In this document: positions 37,605 through 48,868 of the stretch, one piece after another | Layout of the letters: each line of letters starts with the position of its first letter | How positions within the stretch are numbered: position 1 is the stretch's first letter | Assembly (NCBI GenBank): GCA_036785375.1 | Contig: JAWMAR010000314.1 | Location: 2,666,001 to 2,730,000 of the forward strand | Direction of reading: 5' to 3' | Length of the DNA stretch: 64,000 nucleotides | Origin: Leucoraja ocellata | Lineage: Eukaryota | Translations under genes and position numbers: made by a program | Notes under the pieces: model-generated | What the model was told of the DNA's origin: nothing | Database searches by the model: none | The model's input: only the letters and a program-made list of their open reading frames with translations

Positions 37605-40600
37605 TTACAGGCGACTTATTCTCTGCTCTAACTGCACCAGCTGATTGGCCACATCACTGGGAAGGTCGTTGTTGACTTGCTCATTAAAGTATCTCCTGAT
37701 TTCTCTTATTTCCTCTTCCCAGAACTCCCTCTCGACACTGAAGAGCTCATCCATGTTCACATTGTTCAGGCCCTCCAGGTTCAGGGCACCATCTGCGGGG
37801 ATGAGGCCAAGGGGAGAGAGCTTGGCGCAGTCCTCTCCCTCGATCCGACGGAACATCCACTCCAGGACCCGCGAGTTCTCACCAAAGCCGGGCCACAGGT
37901 AGTTGTTCTGCTTGTCCTTGCGAAACCAGTTGACGTGGAAGATCTTGGGAAGTCTGCACTGGGGCCTGTGCTCCATGCTGAGCCAGTGCGACAGGTACTT
38001 GCCAAAGTTGTACCCGAAGAAAGGCCTCATGGCAAAAGGGTCGTGCATGATGACCTTACCTGAGGAAGAACGAGAGAGGAGGCATAAAGAACTGGTACCG
38101 AGAGGAGCACGGGAATCACGGGATTAATGGGATGTTACTTATGGAAACAAACCCCAGGATGCCACAACATTTGTCCTGGATTCAAATGTTAGGGTAAAGC
38201 TCCCCGTCTCACGTTGAACAAAGCTGCATGTTCCTGGCGTACACTTCCCAACATATATTTCAATGTTAGCGCATGTTCTCCTCCAATGTTATTATGCTCT
38301 GTGCCACTACATTATTGTATTTCACGTCCAATTTAACTTTTTTAAATTTCTAAATGATTTCATTCCGCTCTGCATTACATGTTGCAATGTTACCCTCCTG
38401 TACTGCAGACTACTGGATTGTGAATTGACTGTTGCTCACCTTCCGTCTGTCTGTAACAACAGCGCTACAATGCTGTGGTGTTCTCTGTCTGACTGAACTG
38501 TACACTGTCATGGGGCTTGCTGTACAGCACGACCCAGTCTCACTGGACTCCCCACACTCGACTCATTGTACTCCCTGTCCCAGTCTCACTCTTATGCTAT
38601 CAAAATGTACAACATCTCCCGCTTCTGTCGTGGAGTAGACAGACTCCCCTCCTCCTCTCCCCCACCCCCCACCCCCAATCTTTGCACATCCCCAATCTTT
38701 TCCACTCGGCACTTTAATTTCATGTTTTCTGTTACATGTATCTTGTATTTATGACTGTTGGCAAATCAATTTTCCTCCTGGGATAAATCAAGTTCTATCA
38801 TATCGTCTCGTACCTTTGTGCTCAGCTGCAGCTGTAGCCTCGGATCTCATGGCTGCTCCGATGAAAACTCCGTGCTCCCAGTTGAACGCTTCATACACCA
38901 GAGGGACACCTGGAGGGACAGGTATCAATATGAAATTGTACATATTGGGAAGAAAACCTACTGCCCTCTAGATTGTAGCATAGGGGAGCTATCAGTAACT
39001 GCCCTGCTTATCATAGGGATTGGACAAGTGACACACATCAGTAGCATGCCACATTATTATATGTGAGAACTGTGTAATGACTATAATTTCATGCAGTTCA
39101 ATTGATTGATTCAAGAGCTTACAATTCCAGCCATTTACTACTTGACTACAGTAGGGGCTCCTCAGCACATTGAGCAGTGGTTCAGTACATTGTCATTAAC
39201 CCACACACTGACCGTCTAATGCTTGTGAGTGCTCCTTTACAGAATACACGTCCATACCTCTCGGCCTCCGCCCTCCAAAGATAATTGCTTCAATGGGAAC
39301 GCCATCGGGAGACTCCCAGTTTGGGTCCATGATTGGGCACTGGCTGGCAGGAGAGCAGAACCTGGAGTTGGGGTGTGAACAAGGTTCCCCATCTTCTGGT
39401 GTCCACCTTTTGTTCCTCCAGGAAGTCACTGTGATGTGGGGAGGAAGGGTTTCGTCGATTCCTTCCCAGTAAACGCCGCCATCACTGGTCTCTGCCACGT
39501 TGGTGAAAATGGTGTTCTCATGGATGGTTTTCATAGCGTTTGGGTTGGTTTTCACGGATGTCCCGGGGGCAACGCCGAAAAAGCCGTTCTCTGGGTTGAT
39601 TGCCCTCAGGATTCCTGTGGAGAGGAGCAGGAAGATCTTTGTTAACAGGGTTAACCATTCTCACACCAGGCACAAGGCTCGGAATAAATTGGACAATTTC
39701 CTCAATATTTTGTTTCATTTGATTTCAACTGTGGAGAATTGTCAAAACCCACAAACCTTGCTCATCAAACTTCATCCAGGCGATGTCATCTCCCACACAC
39801 TCCACCTTCCAGCCGGGCAGTGTGGGCTTCATCATGGCCATGTTAGTTTTGCCACAAGCGCTGGGGAACGCGGCAGCAATGTACTTCTTCTGGCCTTTGG
39901 GGTTGGTCACACCCATGATCTGTGGAAGGAAGGAAGGGGAGAGGCCGGTCAGACGCTGGGAGCAAAGCCAGGTTACTGATAATCTGCAGCCGCTGACTAA
40001 CCCTCCAGCTGTGGCTCCACAAGGAGCAGCCCCCCCCCCCCTCCCCTCTACTCACCAGCATGTGTTCAGCCAGCCAGCCCTCGTCCCTGGCCATCCTCGA
40101 TGCAATGCGCAGGGCAAAGCATTTCTTCCCCAGCAGCGAGTTGCCGCCGTAGCCACTCCCGTATGAATTGATCTCCATGCGCTGAGGAATGTGGGCGACC
40201 AGGACGAGCTCCGGGTTGCAGGCCCAGTTATTGACCAGTGGCTCTGCAAGCAAGACGGAGATTGTCACCACAGGCCCAATACAAAGTTTCTGCCTCAAAG
40301 TGCACAACAACCCCTTCCCCCATCATCCACACAGCACAAGCCGTTCAAACAGCAGGACCACACTTACTCTTCAGTGGTAGAGGACAGCCCACTGAGTGGA
40401 GACACTTCACAAACTGGCCGCTGCCCAGCGCCTCCAGCACAGCCGCTCCCATACGAGTCATGATCCTCATGCTGGCTACAACGTAGGGCGAGTCCGTGAG
40501 CTGGACGCCAAACTTGCTCAGAGGCGACTCCACGGGCCCCATGCTGAACGGGATCAGGTACATCGTACGGCCTGGAGATTCAAAGCAAGGAGGTCAGTCC

Positions 40601-42253
40601 ATGGGCACTGCTGGAGCAGAAGCTCACTGGATAATGCCTTATTACCAAAATGTTAAGGAGAGTTTAAATTTTAATTATTGTACCTCTACACTGTCAAATA
40701 TGGTAGCATTCCTATATATGTACAAGCTACACTGTGCAAATTGCAAAGGTCCCACTAATATGTCCAAAGAGCGTTGGCAGGAAATTTGTTGTGATTGTCA
40801 GCTGCAGGGATCCTAGCTCCTCGGTGTAGATCTGGAACCACCTTAGGTAATTTGAGTGTTGGGAGAGGTGGCCAAATGCCAGCGTAACTAGTCAACATAA
40901 AAGAGTAGCTGGGAGATATTACAGATTGAATCAACGCCTTTTACCTTTCATACACTCTGGGAATCGTGCGGTGAAGGCCTTCTCAAATTCCTTCTCGGAC
41001 AGCCATCGGCCCAGCTGGCTCTGTCCGTTCTTCGCTATGGGAACGGTATCCCGCTGTTCAGGGGTCACAATCACCGTTTGACTCTCCACACGAGCAACAT
41101 CCTTGGGGTCGGTGCGAGCCAGCCAGCTGGAGGTGATAAAAGGTGATGAGAACGAGAGGTGGTGACTCCTCCTTTAGGTCAGTCACTGCCCACACTGACA
41201 GCCTCACCGCCGCACCGTTGCAATGTGCAGCATTCACAACGACAGCAGAGTTCTGGTACCGACTGGTCAAAGTGCACAGGACAATTCTGTAAAGTCGGAG
41301 ACTTTATGTGGAATATAATGCATGTGTGGTGTAAACTACTAAGGGAGACGGGCAGAGAACTTTATACAACGTGTATTCCATCTAAACCTGTGCATGGTGC
41401 TGTGTAGCATCACTGAAATTTTACTGGAACTATGTTCTGCTTCTTGCTGCAAGGACCAGCCATGCTGACATTTGATATCTGTTTGGCATCAATGAATATT
41501 CATTAATGAACTCACATTATCTTCCATATCACTTTAAAGCTCTGTGCAGGAGCTAGATCTCTACCCATTCTACCATGACAAGTGTGATGATATGAAGGTC
41601 TGGGCAGTTCATTGGGGGGTCTAGCAATCTCAGTGAGACCCAGCAAGGAGCTGGAGAGGTGATAGAAGCACCACACTGGTAGCACAGCGTGCATGCTTCG
41701 CACTATGTGTAACATTCGAGCATCACGTCTGATATTCAACAGTTAAAGTAAATATGGTATGGCTAAATTTGTTATACACTGCCAAAAAAAACAATAATAA
41801 TAATAATAATAATAATAATGTATTTTATTGTCATTGCACACAAGTGCAACGAGATTTGGGTATGCAGCTTCCATCCGACATCATAACTTAAGTAACTACT
41901 AAAATTTAGGTTTAGATACCCCGAGAACATGGTTTGTACAAAGAACATTACAACGGTAAAATAGTCAAAACAGACGAATTAAACAGACTAACAACAATGT
42001 TACAAACCACATGGGAGAAAACTGCTCACCAGTTCTGGTACTTGTGTAGGCGTTTGATCATTCCTTGTTCCTCCATCAGGGCCAGAATCTGCCTGTTCTC
42101 CTCCTCGCTTCCATCACAGATGTGGATGCTGGCTGGCTGGCACAGCTTAGCATTTTCTTCCACAAAGTATCTCACACTAGGACTTAACTCGCTCGGATCC
42201 CCATAGACCACTTTCACACCGCCCAAGGTCTGAGACTGGAACTGGGGTGCCAT
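37605..42253 (-). CDS. PCK1: PEPCK cytosolic [GTP], copy B; full 622-aa ORF, core promoter deleted
   Basis: Coding exons 42030-42253 (224 nt, ATG at 42253, MAPQFQSQ...), 40945-41126, 40368-40571, 40056-40243, 39757-39919, 39258-39614, 38814-38909, 37605-38059. Total 1869 nt = 622 aa + stop, all GT-AG. No mitochondrial presequence, so PCK1 rather than PCK2. Probable non-coding exon 1 at ~42758-42852. Confidence 0.92.
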
Positions 42254-43895
42254 ATCGTCTCCACTAAGAAGATCGTTAGCAACCTGCAAACAACAATGAA
42301 TGGTTATGACAAACTGTTAATGTGAACACGTGAAGAAAATTAAAACATTGCGCACACATTATTATAGAGATTTAAAGTGATATTGTCTCAATGCATGATT
42401 GTTGTATGTAGAATAAGTATCAGACAATGCTAAGAAACACAATAAGTAGTCTCAGTTTGCTTTAAAAGAAAAAAAGAACACCACATAGATAGAAATAATA
42501 AATAATTCAGTTATTAACAAAGGTATGCTGCAATAAAAATAACATTATGAGTCTCAACTGGAAAAAACATCTATTCTCAATAGCAAAACACAAAATGCTG
42601 GAGGAACTAAGTGCATCAGGCAGCATCTGTGGAGAAATGGATAGATGAGATTTCTGGTCAAAATCCTTCTTCAGACCTTCCTCCAGCACTTGTGTTTGCT
42701 CAAGATTCTAACATTTGCAATTTCTTGTGTCTTCTATTCTCAGTGAAAATCACTTACTTTGCTTGCTGAATCTGCCTTCCAGTCAGTTTGATTATAGCTG
42801 TTTTTTTCTTCCAAGCAACCTTAACTCTGAAGTTCTTCAGGTATCTGATGATCTTTCATTGGACCAACTCTGAGGCAACTATGTGGATTGTTTTTTGAAC
42901 CAGAAAACGCTGATTGCGATTTATGAGATATGTTGTTCCCACAGGAACATTGCAGCAGCTGACCTTCCAATGAGATCTTAGCACAGGCAGGCACACCTCC
43001 GGAGCGGAATTGTTGATTTATGATCACTATTGTTACCTGCTGATAGGCTAGGAGTTGGAGGCTCGAATCAGGCGTAGATTCAATTCACGATATCACTTAG
43101 GCTCGGAATAGAACAGGGAAGAGGAAGACTTGCGTTTGTATCACATCTATTCAAATCTCAAGGCATCCAAAAGCACTTTGCAGCTGAAGAGATGCTATCA
43201 GAGTGTAGTCAATTTGTCAAATTGTAAGTGAACAACAACCTGCAGATGGTTGAAATCTGAAATAAAAACAGAAAATGCTCGAAATATTCAGCAGGCCAGG
43301 CAGCGTCTGTGGAGAAAGAAGCAAAGTTAGTGTTTCAGGTCAAAGACCCTTCCTCAGAGCAACCTGGTGTAGCTGAAAAGTAGATAAAAATGGACTCGGA
43401 CAGGGTGAATACTGCTCTTTCAGAAAGTGCCACAATGGATCGATCTCTGGAGAGGAAAAAGTACTGGATGTTCATGTTCATTTGCAAGAAGCATTAGGTG
43501 ACTTTCCTTGGAGTTCACTACTACCTCTGATAGAGCAATTTCCCAGGCACGACCTACAAAAATCACGATGGCTGCAACAAACATAATATTCATTAGTGGG
43601 TACTGCATTTAGAATGGTAGCATGCACCTCTGCTTGTTTTTGATACACTTTTTCAGTGTAGGGGTTGTCAAAAAACCTGCATACCAAGCAGAAATTTCCT
43701 AAAGCTACCTCTCTTTCTAGACTAGATGGAAGAATTGCTGCTTTGCACAATGTAATTTCTTTCTATGAGTTACAGTAGATGCTATTGCCTGCTTAAAAAA
43801 GTCCGTTGTACTCCAGTATCCTAGAGAGAGATGCTGAGGCATCATTAGCGGAATCACAGTGGAAGGCACCCAGTGGATCTGTCATGAAAGAGTCC

Positions 43896-45300
43896 TAGCA
43901 ATTATAGACCTGTTAGTTTGACTTCAGTGGTGGGCAAATTAATGGAAAAGATACTTAGAGATAATATATATAAGCACCTGGATAAACAGGGTCTGATTAG
44001 GAACAGTCAACATGGATTTGTGCCTGGAAGGTCATGTTTGACTATTCTTCTTGAATTTTTTGAAGAGGTTACTAGGGAAATTGACGAGGGTAAAGCAGTG
44101 GATGTTGTCTATATGGACTTTAGTAAGGCCTTTGACAAGGTTCCACATGGAAGGTTGGTTAAGAAGGTTAAACTGTTGGGTATAAATGCAGGAATAGCAA
44201 GATGGATTGAACAGTGGCTGAATGGGAGAAGCCAGAGGGTAATGGTGGATGGCTGCTTGTCGGGTTGGAGGCAGGTGACTAGTGGGGTGCCTCAGGGATC
44301 TGTGTTGGGTCCTTTGTTGTTTGTCATGTACATCAATGATCTGGATGAAGGGGTGGTAAATTGGATTAGTAAGTATGCAGATGCTACCAAGATAGGGGGT
44401 GTTGTGGATAATGAAGAGGATTTCCAAAGTCTACAGAGTGATTTAGGCCATTTGGAAAAATGGGCTGAAAGATGGCAGATGGAGTTTAATGCTGATAAAT
44501 GTGAGGTGCTACACCTTGGCAGGACAAATCAAAATAGGACGTACATGGTAAATGGTAGGGAATTGAAGAATACAGTAGAACAGAGGGATCTGGGAATAAC
44601 CGTGCATAGTTCATTGAAGGTGGAATCTCATATAGATAGGGTGTTAAAGAAAGCTTTTGGTAGGCTAGCCTTTATAAATCAGAGCATTGAGTATAGAAGC
44701 TGGGATGTAATGTTAAAATTGTACAAGGCATTGGTGAGACCAAATCTGGAGTATGGTGTATAATTTTGGTCGCCCAATTATAGGAAGGATGTCAACAAAA
44801 TAGAGAGAGTACAGAGGAGATTTACTAGAATGTTGCCTGGGTTTCAACAACTAAGTTACAGAGATAGGTTGAATAAGTTAGGTCTTTATTCTCTGGAGCG
44901 GAAGGTTAAGAGGGGACTTGATAGAGGTCTTTAAAATGATGAGAGGGATAGACAGAGTTGATGTGGACAAGCTTTTTCCTTTGAGAATAGGGAAGATTCA
45001 AACAAGAGGACATGACTTCAGAATTAAGGGACAGAAGTTTAGGGGTAACATGAGGGGGAACTTCTTTACTCAGAGAGTGGTAGCGGTGTGGAATGAGCTT
45101 CCAGTGGAAGTGGTGGCGGCAGGTTCGTTGGTATCATTTAAAAATAAATTGGATAGGCATATGGATGAGAAGAGAATGGAGGGTTATGGTATGAGTGCAG
45201 GCAGGTGGGACTAAGGGAAAAAAGTTGTTCGGCACGGACTTGTAGGGCCGAGATGGCCTGTTTCCGTGCTGTAATTGTTATATGGTTATATGGTTATATG
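43896..45300 (+). mobile_element. CR1 LINE RT fragment, unit 2
   Basis: ORFs 43918-44763 and 44918-45214, broken by a stop and frameshift; YADD mutated to YADA. Confidence 0.9.
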
Positions 45301-48300
45301 GACAATGACTGGTTAGCTGATCTGAAGTGCAGGGAGAAACCTGTTACTCATACTATTAGAAACACTCACAAGAGCATATTTCGACTGTTTAAGTGCCTCG
45401 TGTGTTATTGTCTATCCAGCTCCACCATGTTTGCTAGCAGGCAGCATGGGAGTGGTCCCGGTGTTGATCCAAGATGTTATGGTCGTTATTTGGCCGATCT
45501 TGTGGGCAAAATCAGCTTTTGTTGGGGTTTATTAATTAAGTTAGTCCTTCATTGATCACTCGTTCATCCACACGTATTGACCTATTGTCACTAGATGACA
45601 TGGATTAACCCTGCCATGTAGCAACGTCATCATTTGATGTGGCTCGTCCAATGGGCCGGACAAGAACCAGCCCCAGTTTGGCAGCTTCTTTACTCAAATG
45701 GCCGCCACTGTTTTGAGGGGGCCACTGTTAACCCTGTATGCACTTGTGGGTTTGCAGCTGTTGCTCTCAGAAGGCCACTGCTAGTATCCCTGGGGGAAGG
45801 GGGGGCATTGATTACCCGGTACGTCCGATCAAGAGGCATTAGCAGGAGAGGTGCAGAGCTTAATAACATATTACTTTGACCTGGTCTGCTCATCACGACT
45901 GCCCTGTTTGTGGATTCTCGCCCAGCTACTTTAGCCATCTTCACTAGTCACATTGTACAGGCCTTACATGATGCAGGGGGAAGTTTCCAGTGGGAACTTG
46001 TCATGGAAGTACAGTTCACTGTGGTTTAGAACCTTAGCGATACCGAAGTAATACTGTCATCTAATCCTCTCCAAGGGAGGCAAGCCCTCGACCTTGACAA
46101 AGACTTGTAGTTACTTCTGCCAATTTAAAAGGATCAGAAATTACTTGTGGGTTTGCTGGAGTCAGCCAGAACAGAGCAAGGTGAAATTAGCTGCAGTGAA
46201 GTTATGAGCCACCGTTTCCATAGATGTGCGGGAGCATTTTGCAGGTGAAATCATGAATTGTACACTAACTAAGGGCTTGTACACTAAGGGCTTGTACACT
46301 CTGGAGTTTAGAAGGATGAGAGGGTATTTCATTGAAACATATGAGATTGTTAAGAGCTTGGACACACTAGAGGCAGGAAACATGTTCCCGATGTTGGGGG
46401 AGTTCAGAACCAGGGGCCACAGTTTAAGAATGAGAAGCCATTTAGAACGGAGACGAGGAAACACTTTTTCTCACAGAGAGTGATGAGTCTGTGGAATTCT
46501 CAGAGGGCGGTGAAGGCAGGTTCTCTGGATGCTTTCAAGAGAGAGGTAGATAGGGCTCTTAAAATAGCAGAGTCAGGGGATATGGGGAGAAGACAGGAAC
46601 GGGGTACTGATTGGGGATGATCAGCCATGATCACATTGAATGGCGGTGATGGCTCGAAGGGCCGAATGGCCTACTCCTGCAGGAGATGGACTTCCCAATG
46701 GATGGAAGACAATTGATGAAGCAGAGGAAGATAATTAGGCTGAGTTCACTCCCCAGAGGAACTCCTGCAGTGATGTCCTGGGAAGATGGATCTCCAACAA
46801 ACACAACGACATTTACATCTTCAATCTTTGTGCAACTGTTTTCCTCTTGATATAGATTGACTACCATTCTACCGGGGCACCATTGGAACTAAGTGGTTCC
46901 AGCAAAATATGGCCAATGATTCTCATCGGGATCTACTCCATAGAAAGCATACAATCAGGATGCTTCACAGCCTGGTGTGCAACTGCTCAGCCCAGGATCG
47001 CAAGAAACTGAAGAGAATTGTTGATGCTGCCCAGTCCGTCAAGCAAACGACCCACTTTAATACCACTCTATCTGTACATAATGCTGCCTTGGGAAAGCAG
47101 CCAACATTATCATGGACCACTTTCCCCCTAGTCATTCATTCTTCTCCCCTCACTTACTCGGCAGAAGATGCAAAGGCTTGAAAATACATACCTCCAGATT
47201 CAAGAACAGCATCCTCCCTGCTGTTATCAGACTCTAGAATGGACCTCTCGTTTACTAAGGATTTATTTCCGATCTTCTGCTGGTGAAGAAGGGCTGTCTG
47301 CTACATCTTGCGGAAGATGTCGGCGACTCACTCACCTTCCCAGTATCGCCAAAACTAGGAGAGTCGCAAGCCCGGGCAACGCTTTTATATGTATGAAGCT
47401 ATCGGGAGCTCTTGCCATCCTCCCATTTCAATAACACGGACATTCAGGAAACTAGGCCACCTATGGTGAATTGTTTAAGAAACGGGACCACATATTATGA
47501 ATTGTTTACATGCGTGTGAGTTTAACGCAAGCTGCCTATAACTTATGTCGGGGAGTGCCTGTAATAGAATAGGGGTACTAATAATGAACCATTTGATTTT
47601 TTTTAAATCTAAATATCTACTAAATTAAAGATTGTGAATATCCTGGGAGTTTTGTCCAGTTTTCCTTTAGGATCAGGGAGCTTTTAAGCAGAACTAATAA
47701 CAGAAAATGCAACGAATTATGAAAGGTCACCAATCTGAAACATTAATTCCATTTCTTTCTCCACATATGCGGCCTCACCTGAATATTTTCAGCATTGACA
47801 GTTGCATATTTTCCCAGTATTACACCATGCTGATTTGGGAATATATTGCCTTCACTACACTGTATTGAGTCTAACTCCTGGGACTCACTTTCCAACAGCA
47901 CCGTGGGGCATCTTCACCAAAAACACCAGCAGCGGGTTAAAGTTGTGGTTCACTACAACCTACTCCAGGGCAATCAGGGACGGATAATAAATGCTAGTCC
48001 TTCCACTGATGCCCATATCCCCCCCCTCCACCCCCCTAATAATAAAAATAGCACCCCAGAGAATTATGCAGTGAAATAAAATTCAAAATGTAGAGAACAT
48101 AACAAAACAGTTTATTTTTTAACACCACACACTCTACAATCATTTTTTTTTAAACACACTGCATTATAATGCAAGTTCAGTCAAAGTCAGTTGTAGAAAA
48201 ATAATTTATAGTTTGAACAGATGAACTCTCTATGCTTTCATCAATGATTTGTGCTTCACTGTCAACCACTGATGATGGGCTGAGTTTCTACATGTGGTAT

Positions 48301-48868
48301 TATCAAAGGTCATTGATCAGTGAGGCAGTGGTATAAGGGTGCTGACTGTACCTCACCGATAAATTAATGACCACAATTGAACAAAACTAAAATTAGAATT
48401 GTCCCGTTAAAAGGACCTTGCTGCCTGCTGTTCACAGGACAGGTCACCTCTCCCAAAAGTTCCAGCAGGAACATTAATACAGACTCAGAACAGCTCAGAA
48501 TGGCCGGTTCAAGTCTTGCTTCCTTCATGTGGGCTGCAGATGGTTCTCTAACACATTCTGAGCCATGGATTCCCACAGCCAGACTCCGCATTCACAGACC
48601 TTGTTAATTCATGTTGGCTATGTATTAGAGTACAAAATACAAATAGACATAAGCAAGAGGTCTACGCTGCTAAATATTATTGTAAATGCCCACTCTAGAA
48701 ACACTAGTTTTCACCTAAACCTGTTAGTAGACACATCTCGCTAATATTATTGCATGTGTGTGAGAATTTAACTCACAATCATAATAAACACTGATGTTTA
48801 CCAACTGGAGGCCATTTTGTGGGAAGTGATCATGGCTACTGCCCATAGTCCTGTTGGCAAGGCCCTGG

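Larger units (their letters stand above)
33799..43895. repeat. Tandem segmental duplication unit 1 (~10.1 kb, contains copy B)
   Basis: Near-identical, by eye, to 43896-55672 and 55673-64000: CR1 RT fragment, spacer, 3'UTR, PCK1 gene, upstream region. Confidence 0.9.

Noticed and set aside
37645-38127. Conserved antisense ORFs over PCK1 exons in all copies
   Set aside because: Shadow frames, conserved only because the copies are nearly identical.
42254-42289. In-frame N-terminal extension (VANDLLSGDD) suggesting a mitochondrial or PCK2-type isoform
   Set aside because: The ORF start is intronic, exon 1 has no in-frame ATG, and the peptide is acidic rather than presequence-like.
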